Shown here one piece after another: positions 1 to 8,889 of a stretch of 64,000 nucleotides of DNA. The DNA is taken from NCBI GenBank assembly GCA_035500505.1, contig DATJXE010000003.1:201697-265696 (forward strand). The letters are read 5' to 3'. Both the position numbers and the translations under genes were made by a program. The notes below the pieces were generated by a model. It did no database searches. It worked only from the letters and a program-made list of their open reading frames with translations, and was not told the origin of the DNA. This DNA comes from Minisyncoccota bacterium (GTDB lineage Bacteria; Patescibacteriota; Minisyncoccia; Phycocordibacterales; UBA2100). Each line of letters starts with the position of its first letter. The first letter of the stretch is position 1.

Positions 1-45
1 AACATCAATGGCTATAACTCCTTGCAGGTCCTGCTGAGCCCGTAA
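1..45 (+). CDS. 3' end of a CDS truncated by the window edge (...NINGYNSLQVLLSP*)
   Basis: Open frame from base 1 to TAA at 43-45, 1 nt before the next ATG, consistent with an operon. Confidence 0.45.
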   Translation, partial: NINGYNSLQVLLSP

Positions 46-46
46 T

Positions 47-667
47 ATGAAAACTTCTCGCGCGTTCACGCTGATAGAAACACTCGTGACGATAGCGGTA
101 TTCGGACTGCTCATGGTCGTCGCGGCAGACCTTCTGCGCATCATTTTTACGAACTCTACGACGAATCCGAACGCGTTGAATGCCGTAGACCAGGCCCAAG
201 CTGCGGCGACGAACTTCGTTAATCAGATCCGCGATGCCGCGTATGGCAACGACGGCTCGTACCCGCTGAACGAAGCTTCGACGACGGAGATCATTTTCTT
301 CTCGCCGTACGGTACCGGCTCTTCAACGACCGTCGACCGCATCCGCTACTACCTGTCCGGAACGACGCTCTACGAAGGAGTGATCGTGCCCAGCGGTTCG
401 CCCTCGTCCTACAACTCTGGAAATGAAAAGGTCACGGGCGTAGTGACCGGCGTGTCCGGCGTTGGCACCTCGACCATTTTCTACTACTACGGAGGCACCT
501 ATGCTGGCACCTCGACACCCATCTCGCAGCCGGTCAACGTCAACCAAGTGACCTACGTCAGGCTCAATTTGTCAGTACAACTGAAAGAAGTGCGCGGACA
601 GGGCGCAACGTCCTCCATCTCGACCGGCGCGGCTATACGCAACCTCAAGACCAACTTGGGAAATTAG
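47..667 (+). CDS. Type IV minor pilin / pseudopilin (prepilin N-terminal cleavage-methylation domain, PilW/PulJ-like)
   Basis: N-terminus MKTSRA|FTLIETLVTIAVFGLL: class III signal with F+1 and E+5, then a hydrophobic helix. Confidence 0.85.
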   Translation: MKTSRAFTLIETLVTIAVFGLLMVVAADLLRIIFTNSTTNPNALNAVDQAQAAATNFVNQIRDAAYGNDGSYPLNEASTTEIIFFSPYGTGSSTTVDRIRYYLSGTTLYEGVIVPSGSPSSYNSGNEKVTGVVTGVSGVGTSTIFYYYGGTYAGTSTPISQPVNVNQVTYVRLNLSVQLKEVRGQGATSSISTGAAIRNLKTNLGN

Positions 668-668
668 T

Positions 669-2069
669 ATGGGAACAAAAACAAGTGAACGCGGCGACGT
701 AATGATACTGGTGCTTCTTCTTATTGCGATCGTCTCGCTCATCCTGCTCCCGTTCTTCAACGTGATCGCCAAGGAATTGAGCGTCGCAAAGACGCGCATC
801 GATCGCGAGGAAGCCTTGCAGATAGCGGAGGCGGGAGTTGATTACTACCAGTGGCATCTCGCGCATTATCCCGCCGACTACCAGGACGGTACCGGACACG
901 CGGGCCCCTACGTGCACGTTTATACCGACCTCGATACGCAGCAGACCTTGGGGTCTTACAGTTTGGCTATCACGCCGCCTTCAACTGGTTCCACTATCGT
1001 CACTATCCGATCCACGGGTTGGACGGCGGATAACCCGGCAGTGACGCGTACCGTAACCGCGAAATACGGCGTTCCGTCACTCGCACTGTTCTCGTTCTTG
1101 AGCAACGACATCATCTGGATCGGGAGCGATGAAACCGTGAGCGGTCAAATGCAGTCGAACAACGGTGTACGCTTCGATGGCACGACCAACGCGCCGGTCA
1201 TGTCGGCTAAATCCACCTACACATGCCCCTCAGGACAAGGTTCTCCATGCCCTACAACCGAAAACGGCGTCTGGGGCTCCGCTTCGCAAGCCATCAAGGC
1301 GTTCTGGCAGTATCCGGTCCCCGCGGTCGACTTTTCTTCTCTTACGTCCAACCTCGCGAGCCTCAAATCGACGGCCCAGGCGGAGACGGGCGGCACCTAT
1401 TACCTTTCGCCATCCAACGCGCAGGGTTATTCGCTTGTTTTCAATTCAGCTGGCACCGTGAGCGTCTATAAAGTAACGTCGCTCCAAAGTGATCCGACGG
1501 GGTGGGACGTAAATAACAACGCAATAAACACCAGTAGTGATTACAGGAACCGAACATTCTTATATACAGAACCTATTCCTGCGAACGGCATTTTTTATAT
1601 TGAGGACAAGGTATGGGTCGAGGGTACGGTGAAAGGACGCGTCATGGTCGCTGCGGCGGCGTTGCCGTACAACGCCTCGACTGCTCCCACGATCTACATT
1701 CCCAATAACGTTATCTACGCAGCCAAGGATGGAACCAATAGTCTCGGTCTTCTGGCTCAGCAGAACGTCATCGTTTCCTACGGGGCACCGCAGAATTTGG
1801 AGGTTGACGGTGCGCTCATCGCACAGAACGGCAGTGTCGAGTTCCTGTATTATCAGAACGACAGAGCCCTCAAGAATTCGATAACCGTCTATGGCTCCAT
1901 CATGACCTACGGCCAGTGGACCTGGACGTGGGTGGACGGGAACAATAACGACGTTTCCGGCTACGCGACGACCAACGATACGTACGACAGCAATCTTCTC
2001 TATGCTCCGCCGCCGTCATTCCCGCTCTCAACATCCGGATATAAGCAATTGAGCTGGTACTCTAACTGA
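669..2069 (+). CDS. PilX-like minor pilin / pilus assembly protein with large C-terminal beta-rich domain
   Basis: ERG|DVMILVLLLIAIV prepilin-like start without E+5, then ALQIAEAGVDY typical of PilX N-terminal domains; adjacent to the pilin gene. Confidence 0.75.
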   Translation: MGTKTSERGDVMILVLLLIAIVSLILLPFFNVIAKELSVAKTRIDREEALQIAEAGVDYYQWHLAHYPADYQDGTGHAGPYVHVYTDLDTQQTLGSYSLAITPPSTGSTIVTIRSTGWTADNPAVTRTVTAKYGVPSLALFSFLSNDIIWIGSDETVSGQMQSNNGVRFDGTTNAPVMSAKSTYTCPSGQGSPCPTTENGVWGSASQAIKAFWQYPVPAVDFSSLTSNLASLKSTAQAETGGTYYLSPSNAQGYSLVFNSAGTVSVYKVTSLQSDPTGWDVNNNAINTSSDYRNRTFLYTEPIPANGIFYIEDKVWVEGTVKGRVMVAAAALPYNASTAPTIYIPNNVIYAAKDGTNSLGLLAQQNVIVSYGAPQNLEVDGALIAQNGSVEFLYYQNDRALKNSITVYGSIMTYGQWTWTWVDGNNNDVSGYATTNDTYDSNLLYAPPPSFPLSTSGYKQLSWYSN

Positions 2070-2071
2070 TT

Positions 2072-2371
2072 ATGAAGCTTGCGCAGTTTCCCAATGGTCA
2101 ATCCTTGCAGCCACTCCCGGCGCAGGTGCATGCGGACACGTCCGAAAGTTTGCAACGCAACGCGACCCCTGCTGATACGGTACATATTGAAAATGCCCCC
2201 GTGCCCGTGCAAGCTCCCGCTCCGACCATCGACGCCGGCGCAGCGCCGCAGGGATTCAACGTCACACAATCGGTCAACTCGTTCGGCTCGGCTGCGCCGT
2301 GGGCTCTCCTTGTACTTGCGCTTCTCGCCGTTGCCGGAGGAGTACGATTGTGGAAATCGTTCGTCGAGTAA
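2072..2371 (+). CDS. Small hypothetical protein with C-terminal transmembrane helix
   Basis: ATG 2 nt after the previous stop; Pro/Ala-rich linker then WALLVLALLAVAGGVRLWK. Confidence 0.55.
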   Translation: MKLAQFPNGQSLQPLPAQVHADTSESLQRNATPADTVHIENAPVPVQAPAPTIDAGAAPQGFNVTQSVNSFGSAAPWALLVLALLAVAGGVRLWKSFVE

Positions 2372-2379
2372 GCGGGTAC

Positions 2380-2458
2380 CGAATGCGGCACAGCAAATTC
2401 ATTGTCTGTGAGACTTTCGCACAACATTCTCGACAATGAATTTGCTGTGCCGCATTCG
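2380..2458. repeat. Perfect 27-bp inverted repeat with 25-nt spacer
   Basis: cgaatgcggcacagcaaattcattgtc (2380-2406) / gacaatgaatttgctgtgccgcattcg (2432-2458). Confidence 0.9.
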
Positions 2459-2484
2459 AGACGTCCCATGCTACAATTCTGCAA

Positions 2485-3231
2485 ATGAAAACGACTCTCG
2501 TCGCGAACTGGAAGATGAATCCTCAGTCGATGCGCGAGGCGAAGAAACTTTTTGAAGTGACGAGGAAGGCGGCCGAAGTCGCAAAAGATGTTTCGGTCAT
2601 CGTCGCGCCGCCATCCGTCTTTTTGCGGGAGCTCGCGACGGGATACAAAGGCAAAAAAGCTTCATTCGCCGCCCAGAACGCACATTTTGAGAAGGGCGGT
2701 GCGTACACCGGAGAAATTTCCATGCAGGAAGTGAAGGATTCGAGGGCTTCTGCCGTCATCATCGGCCACGCTGAGCGCCGAGCGATGGGAGAGACCAACG
2801 AAGACACGCGAGCGAAGGTGCTCGCCGCGCTCGCCCAGAAATTGCACCCCATTTTTTGTGTGGGCGAACACAAACGCTCCGGCTCCGGCGAGCACTTTCT
2901 GTTCGTCAAAGAACAGCTGCGCGCCGGGCTCTCCGATATTACGCCCGGGAACCTCTCGAAGATCCTCATCGCGTACGAGCCGGTGTGGGCGATCGGCGCC
3001 GACAAGGCGATGTCACCCAGACAGATGCACGAAATGGCCATATTCATCAGAAAATCCATCGTCGCGATGCATGGTGATAAGGGCATGAGAATCAAAATAC
3101 TCTACGGGGGCTCGATAGATGAGGGCAACGCGCGCGAAATGATCGTCGAAGGAGACGTGCAGGGACTCCTGGTCGGGCGGGCTTCAACCGATGCGGAAAA
3201 GTTCGCCGCACTCATCAAGTCGCTGGCATGA
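2485..3231 (+). CDS. tpiA: Triosephosphate isomerase
   Basis: ANWKMN, GAYTGEIS, IIGHAERR, AYEPVWAIG, YGGS motifs. Confidence 0.97.
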   Translation: MKTTLVANWKMNPQSMREAKKLFEVTRKAAEVAKDVSVIVAPPSVFLRELATGYKGKKASFAAQNAHFEKGGAYTGEISMQEVKDSRASAVIIGHAERRAMGETNEDTRAKVLAALAQKLHPIFCVGEHKRSGSGEHFLFVKEQLRAGLSDITPGNLSKILIAYEPVWAIGADKAMSPRQMHEMAIFIRKSIVAMHGDKGMRIKILYGGSIDEGNAREMIVEGDVQGLLVGRASTDAEKFAALIKSLA

Positions 3232-4364
3232 AATGCATCAATGAAATTCCCCCGGGCGAGCTGAAAGGCAAGCGCGTCGTCTTGCGCAGCGACTTCAACG
3301 TACCGCTCGATAGGGCCGGCAAAGCTTCCGACGTGTTCCGGCTCAAAAAAGGCTGGGCAACGGTCGAATACCTTTCAAAAGCGGGGGCGAAGGTCATCGT
3401 TCTCTCGCACATTGGCCGTGATCCGGGAGAATCGCTCGCGCCGGTCGCCGAGGCGTTGAAGCAATTCGGTACGGTCCACTACGTCCAAGACCTTCTCGGT
3501 CCAGCAGCGCGCAGCGCGGTCTCCGCCATAGCCGAAGGGGAGATCGTCCTGCTCGAAAATTTGCGGAGCGACCCGCGCGAAACCGCCAACGACGAGAGTC
3601 TCGCCAAAGAGCTTGCCGCGCTCGGTGAGGCATATGTCGATGATGCGTTCGCCGCGGCACACCGAGCCCACGCATCCATAGTTGGCATCCCGAAATTCCT
3701 CCCACACTATGCCGGCATACTTTTGTGCGAGGAGGTGAGGGCACTGAACGCAGCGCGAACTCCCTCTACGCCCTCTTTCGCCATTCTTGGCGGCGCAAAA
3801 TTCGAGACCAAGGCACCGCTCATCAAGTCACTTCTCGCGGCGTATGATCACCTCTTCCTGACCGGCGCGCTTGCAAATGATGTGTTCAAGGCGAAGGGCC
3901 TGCCCGTGGGCATTTCGCTCGTTTCCAAAGAATTGCCTGGGCAAGATGTTCTGAACCATCCACACTTCCTCGCACCCGTGGACGTCACTTCTGAATTGCC
4001 CAACAAACAGGCCCGAGTAGAGAAGCCCGAGCAGGTCGGTGCGGACGAAAAAATCGTCGACATTGGCCCCGATTCGATCGCGCTCATCGCGCCATACATC
4101 GAGCGTGCCAGTTTCATTCTCTGGAACGGACCGACCGGCATATATGAGAGCGGTTACACGCATTACACGCAGACGATAGCCCAGCTCATCGAACAAGCAG
4201 TAGCGCGCGGCGCAAAGGCAGTCATCGGCGGCGGCGACACCATCGCTTCAATACAAGAAAGCGGCATAGATGAATCGAAGGTCGGATTTCTCTCGACCGG
4301 TGGCGGCGCCATGCTCGAGTATTTGTTGCAAGGGACGCTGCCGGGGATAGACGCACTGAACTAG
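3228..4364 (+). CDS. pgk: Phosphoglycerate kinase
   Basis: RSDFNVP, SHIGR, LLENLR, DAFAAAHRAHAS, WNGPTG, GGGDT, STGGGAMLEYL. Confidence 0.97.
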   Translation: MKCINEIPPGELKGKRVVLRSDFNVPLDRAGKASDVFRLKKGWATVEYLSKAGAKVIVLSHIGRDPGESLAPVAEALKQFGTVHYVQDLLGPAARSAVSAIAEGEIVLLENLRSDPRETANDESLAKELAALGEAYVDDAFAAAHRAHASIVGIPKFLPHYAGILLCEEVRALNAARTPSTPSFAILGGAKFETKAPLIKSLLAAYDHLFLTGALANDVFKAKGLPVGISLVSKELPGQDVLNHPHFLAPVDVTSELPNKQARVEKPEQVGADEKIVDIGPDSIALIAPYIERASFILWNGPTGIYESGYTHYTQTIAQLIEQAVARGAKAVIGGGDTIASIQESGIDESKVGFLSTGGGAMLEYLLQGTLPGIDALN

Positions 4365-4410
4365 TTGCATTTATTCCGGCATCCTATTCAATGAAAAGAG
4401 GGAGGATAAC

Positions 4411-4542
4411 ATGAAACCGTACAGCACGTTCCCCCGGGAACGAATGACGAGTTTAGATGTCGCTTTCGCGATCGTCCTCATCGTGGGCATCACGGGAATT
4501 CTTGTCGGCCTGAGTAATGGTCAGGTTCCCTGGCCCTTTTAG
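4411..4542 (+). CDS. 43-aa single-TM small protein (MKPYSTFPRERMTSLDVAFAIVLIVGITGILVGLSNGQVPWPF)
   Basis: Translated by hand (below the ORF-track cutoff); GGAGG Shine-Dalgarno before the ATG; one hydrophobic helix. Confidence 0.5.
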   Translation: MKPYSTFPRERMTSLDVAFAIVLIVGITGILVGLSNGQVPWPF

Positions 4543-4557
4543 CGGGGTTGAGATGAG

Positions 4558-4683
4558 ATGAGTCACCAGATACGAGAGACCATAATCAGGGCGGACTGGG
4601 GCGAGAAAGTCGTTACGGTCCTGGCCGCGAGCGCGGCAGTCTTCGTCATCGCGGCGATTGCCCTTCTGATGGGCACGATCTGA
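4558..4683 (+). CDS. 41-aa single-TM small protein (MSHQIRETIIRADWGEKVVTVLAASAAVFVIAAIALLMGTI)
   Basis: Translated by hand; tandem to the previous small ORF; C-terminal hydrophobic helix; followed by hairpin atggcgcc-actctc-ggcgccat. Confidence 0.45.
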   Translation: MSHQIRETIIRADWGEKVVTVLAASAAVFVIAAIALLMGTI

Positions 4684-4742
4684 AACGTTTCCAGTCAGTC
4701 TCGAACAAATGCACATGGCGCCACTCTCGGCGCCATGTATGT

Positions 4743-5153
4743 TTATCTCAACGCAGTGCGAAGTTTTTCTGCCGTTTGATCGGCTTCGCCTTCCAGATAT
4801 GAGCGTTGCGGCATGAGTTTGAGGCCGTCTCCTTTGAAGCGGGGGATGACGTGCACGTGCGGGTGGTGAACGACTTGCCCGGCATGTTCGCGATTGTTCA
4901 TACCGATGTTGACCCCGTCGGCTTTGAGTGTTTTTTCTATCGCTATCGCTATCTTACGCACCGCTTCCGTGACGGCTTGCCAATCCTCTGGAGCGATATC
5001 AAAGATGTTGGTCGAGTGTTTTTTTGGTATTACGAGGGTGTGTCCTGCGTTCACTGGGCGAATGTCGAGGAACGCGAGCGTCTTCTCGTCCTCGTACACC
5101 TTGTAACTAGGAAGTTCCCCGCGCACTATTTTGCAGAAGATACAGTCAGGCAT
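4743..5153 (-). CDS. HIT family (histidine triad) nucleotide hydrolase
   Basis: MPDCIFCKI start, FLDIRP, GHTLVIPK, AGQVVHHPHVHVIPR. Confidence 0.95.
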   Translation of the reverse strand: MPDCIFCKIVRGELPSYKVYEDEKTLAFLDIRPVNAGHTLVIPKKHSTNIFDIAPEDWQAVTEAVRKIAIAIEKTLKADGVNIGMNNREHAGQVVHHPHVHVIPRFKGDGLKLMPQRSYLEGEADQTAEKLRTALR

Positions 5154-5214
5154 AGCGAAAGTATAGCCCGCCCGTACCGAATGGTACATTCGGGCGGATG
5201 CTACAATTCGTTGA

Positions 5215-6891
5215 ATGGAAGTATCCGAACTCGTGCGCTCCCTCCTCTCAAAAAGAAGTATCGAGTCGGAGCTCGACATCGCCGCATTCCTGAATCCCGA
5301 CTACGACCTGCACACCCACGACCCATTTCTGCTGAAAGACATGGACGTAGCGGTCGCGCGGTTGCTATCAGCCATCGAGAGGAGTGAACACGCGGCCGTA
5401 TACGCCGATTTCGACTGTGACGGCATACCGGGAGCGGCAATTTTGTCTGATTTTTTTGAAAAAATCGGATATAAAAATTATGAAGTTTACTTGCCGCATC
5501 GCGACAGGGAGGGGTACGGCTTTCACCTCGACGCGATAGACGCGCTCGCGGCGCGCGGGGTGACGCTCATCATTACAATTGACGTCGGCACGACGGCGGT
5601 AGAGGCCGTCGCACACGCGAAACGAAAGGGGATCGACGTCATCGTTACCGACCATCACGAGATCCCGGGTGCTCTGCCTGACGCGGTAGCAATTCTCAAT
5701 CCGAAACTCGCTCCGTATCCGTTCGGGGGATTGTGTGGCGCAGCTGTCGCGTTCAAGTTCGCATGTGCGACGTTGCGAGAAGGGAAACAACGCGCGCTGC
5801 CCGCGTTCGCGTCCATCCAAGACGGCTGGGAAAAGTGGCTCTTGGACCTGGTCGCCATCGCCACCATCGCAGACATGGTCCCGCTCGTCGGAGAGAATCG
5901 CACACTCGCGTTTTGGGGCTTGCAGGTGTTGCGCAAATCCCCGCGGCTCGGTATTTCGGCTCTGTGCAATAAACTGCGCCTGCGCAAAGCGGAATTGACC
6001 GAGGACGACATTGGATTTTCCCTCGCTCCCCGCATCAACGCGGCTTCGCGCATGGACGACCCAGAACTTGCCCTTAGACTTTTGACGACGCACGATGCCG
6101 CTCAAGCCGATGCGCTTGCCGCGCAACTCGAGTCGCTCAATACGAAACGCAAAGGTCAATCGGGCGCCATCGTTCGCGAAGCAAAACGCCGCGCGCGCGA
6201 CAGGTTCCGCAAAGAAGAACAAGTCGTCGTTTTGGGCAACCCCGAATGGAAACCGGCGCTCCTCGGTCTTGCAGCCAACTCCGTCGTCGAAGAGCGCGGA
6301 GGAGTCGTGTGCCTGTGGGGCCGCGATGCGCTCGGCCGCCTGAAAGGTTCATGCCGCTCCGACGGCTCGCTTTCGGTCGTTGAATTGTTCTCCAACTCGA
6401 ACATTTTCGAAGAATTTGGCGGGCACGCAAAAAGCGGAGGATTTTCCGTTTCCCATGAGCGCGTGCACGAGTTGCAAGAAGCACTCGCAAGTGCAGCGGC
6501 CGCCTGTGCGACCACTGTTCTTCAGGAAACTGCCCAGCACGACGCCAGGATCACGCTTTCCGAGATCTCCCGACGGCTTTTCGACGAGATCTCTTCTCTT
6601 GCCCCTTTCGGTATCGAAAACCCGAAGCCAGTCTTTCTTATCGAGAAAGCGACGGTCACGGCGGTCCGTGCGTTCGGCAAAGAGAAGAATCACATCGAGT
6701 TGACCCTCGATGGCGACTGTTTCGCCCCCGTGCGTGCGTTCGATTTTTTCAGGCGGGCCGAGCAGTTTTCCCTTGCTCCCCAGGTCGGAAGTCCTGCAAA
6801 AGTATTGGCAACCATCGAGCGCGACTCGTTCCGTGGCGGTCTCGCGCTCCGGCTCGTCGACATCCTCGCTGTGGATGACTCTCGGAAGTAG
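5215..6891 (+). CDS. recJ: Single-stranded-DNA-specific exonuclease RecJ
   Basis: DFDCDG, TDHH, IADMVPL..ENR, APRINAASR, GSCRS, FGGH, LAPFGIENPKP. Confidence 0.95.
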   Translation: MEVSELVRSLLSKRSIESELDIAAFLNPDYDLHTHDPFLLKDMDVAVARLLSAIERSEHAAVYADFDCDGIPGAAILSDFFEKIGYKNYEVYLPHRDREGYGFHLDAIDALAARGVTLIITIDVGTTAVEAVAHAKRKGIDVIVTDHHEIPGALPDAVAILNPKLAPYPFGGLCGAAVAFKFACATLREGKQRALPAFASIQDGWEKWLLDLVAIATIADMVPLVGENRTLAFWGLQVLRKSPRLGISALCNKLRLRKAELTEDDIGFSLAPRINAASRMDDPELALRLLTTHDAAQADALAAQLESLNTKRKGQSGAIVREAKRRARDRFRKEEQVVVLGNPEWKPALLGLAANSVVEERGGVVCLWGRDALGRLKGSCRSDGSLSVVELFSNSNIFEEFGGHAKSGGFSVSHERVHELQEALASAAAACATTVLQETAQHDARITLSEISRRLFDEISSLAPFGIENPKPVFLIEKATVTAVRAFGKEKNHIELTLDGDCFAPVRAFDFFRRAEQFSLAPQVGSPAKVLATIERDSFRGGLALRLVDILAVDDSRK

Positions 6892-6894
6892 GGA

Positions 6895-7587
6895 TTAGCC
6901 GGTGTTCCGCCATAGCAGACAGCGGGCGAAGGAGATCAACATCGCGAACCCATCGCGTGCGCGGATTTTTTTCCCGTGCGCGAAATCCCGCGGCTCGTAC
7001 GACACCGGTACGTCGCGGATAGACCGTCCATTCAGGAGCAAAAGCGTCGTGACTTCCATATCGAAGTCGAACCCATTACCGCGAAGCGATAGTGACTTGA
7101 GAGTCTTGGCATTGAAAAGTTTATATCCCGTCCCGATATCCCGCAGATGCGCCGAGAAAACAACATTTACGAGTTCAGTTAATGCCCAATTGCCGAGAGC
7201 ATAGAACGAGTTCCGCTTATGCGGATCGTTCTTCCGCGTACCATACACGGCCGCGGCTTTCGTGCGTTCGATCTGTGAGAGCAGAGCAGGGATGTCCTTC
7301 GGGCGATACTCAAGGTCGGCATCCTGAATGACCACGTACTCGCCGCTTGCCGCCACAAGAGCGGTGCGTATCGCAGCGCCTTTGCCGCGACTGCGAGGGT
7401 GTTCCAGGTAATGAATTTGGGGAAAGAACGGTTCCAGTGCTCGTTTGGTCCCGTCTGTCGAGCCATCATTGACGAGGATGACCTCTTTTTCCCATCCCAG
7501 CAGGGGTTGCGCTAATACCTCACGCAAGATGGTCGCAATGGTGTCCTCTTCGTTGAACACGGGAATTATGACAGAGAGGAGCCGCAT
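6895..7587 (-). CDS. Glycosyltransferase family 2 (DPM1-like)
   Basis: LSVIIPVFNE, VNDGSTDGT, GKGAA, IQDADLEY; start could be 7605. Confidence 0.92.
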   Translation of the reverse strand: MRLLSVIIPVFNEEDTIATILREVLAQPLLGWEKEVILVNDGSTDGTKRALEPFFPQIHYLEHPRSRGKGAAIRTALVAASGEYVVIQDADLEYRPKDIPALLSQIERTKAAAVYGTRKNDPHKRNSFYALGNWALTELVNVVFSAHLRDIGTGYKLFNAKTLKSLSLRGNGFDFDMEVTTLLLLNGRSIRDVPVSYEPRDFAHGKKIRARDGFAMLISFARCLLWRNTG

Positions 7588-7719
7588 AATCAGGCGTCTT
7601 CGCATTCATCCATATGTACCGGCGAATTCTATATAACTCCCGGTCGGTCAGCAAACATATTCTCCGGACTGTTCCACACACAGGATGTTTTTTTACTCAC
7701 AGCGTGCTACGCTCAAGAC

Positions 7720-8445
7720 ATGGAATTCTCAGCAGAGGCGAGCATCCGCTTGGGGTGGGAAACCTTCAAAAAGCGCCCGTGGTTTTTGATAGGCGTGCCA
7801 CTTCTCGCCGTTATCATCGTGGGCATCGTCAGCGCGGCGTTCGGCGAACTGCAAAAACTCGGCGCTGTTTTCGCCCTGTTGGTGTTCGTCGCGAACATAT
7901 ACGTGACGACGGTATACAAAATGGGGGCTACCAACTTCGTGCTGAAAGCGGTCGAAAATACCGAAACGCTGCAAGTCATGGACTATTGGCAACCGCACCC
8001 GTTCTGGAGATACCTTGGCGCAGGTATTCTTGTTGGGCTTTGCGTTCTGGCGGCGTTTATTCTGGCACTCGTTCTTTCCGGTCTTATCGCCGGGGTCGGA
8101 TACGCGATTGCGGGCAGTGCGGCGGCCGGCGTCTGGTTCGTCATCGCGCTCGTGCCGCTTTCGATAGTGTTCGTAGGCCTCGTCGCGATCGCGCTTGTTT
8201 TTGTTCGCTACCTCGTAATTGCCCGGGGACTCGGCCCGGTGGAAGCTCTTGAGGAGAGCGCTCGCATCACAAAAAGCCATCGGTGGGGCATTCTCTGGTT
8301 CTTGGTCCTCTGCTTGTTGCTGAACGTGCTTGGCCTCGTCTGCCTCATTGTCGGCCTCCTGGTGACCATTCCGGTCACATCGTTGGCGCTCGTGCACGCA
8401 TACCGCACGTTGGAGCAAAAAGCAGGTTCCTCCGTGATGGCATAA
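7720..8445 (+). CDS. Integral membrane protein (DUF975-like)
   Basis: Several TM helices; EALEESARITKSHRW and GLVCLIVGLLVTIPV pattern. Confidence 0.7.
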   Translation: MEFSAEASIRLGWETFKKRPWFLIGVPLLAVIIVGIVSAAFGELQKLGAVFALLVFVANIYVTTVYKMGATNFVLKAVENTETLQVMDYWQPHPFWRYLGAGILVGLCVLAAFILALVLSGLIAGVGYAIAGSAAAGVWFVIALVPLSIVFVGLVAIALVFVRYLVIARGLGPVEALEESARITKSHRWGILWFLVLCLLLNVLGLVCLIVGLLVTIPVTSLALVHAYRTLEQKAGSSVMA

Positions 8446-8446
8446 C

Positions 8447-8857
8447 ATGCCGAAGGTCGTCATCTACACCGACGGCGGTGCGCGCGGCAACCCCGGGCCT
8501 GCCGGGGCCGGCGTTGTTATTCAAGATGCCGCAAAAACATACGAATTCAAGAAATTTCTCGGCGAGAAACGGACAAATAACTGGGCAGAATACGAGGCTG
8601 TAGCGTTCGCGCTTGAAGAAGCAAAAAAGATCGGACTTGCCGGTCGCAGTATTGAATTTCGCCTCGACAGCCAACTCGTCGCCGAGCAACTTTCGGGCAA
8701 TTGGAAAATAAAAGAACCCGCGCTCAAGTCCCAAGCCGCAAAAGTCCGCGCGCTCCTTGCGGATTTTCCATCCAGAAAATTCGTCTACGTTCCGCGTGAG
8801 CAAAACAAAGAGGCGGACAGACTCGTGAACGAGGCGATAGATGGGGCAGGTGCATAG
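8447..8857 (+). CDS. rnhA: Ribonuclease HI family protein
   Basis: YTDGGARGNPGPAG, TNNWAEYEA, DSQLV, VPREQNKEADRL. Confidence 0.92.
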   Translation: MPKVVIYTDGGARGNPGPAGAGVVIQDAAKTYEFKKFLGEKRTNNWAEYEAVAFALEEAKKIGLAGRSIEFRLDSQLVAEQLSGNWKIKEPALKSQAAKVRALLADFPSRKFVYVPREQNKEADRLVNEAIDGAGA

Positions 8858-8889
8858 CAGGCGATTTCTTATTGGTACAATTTTGATAA

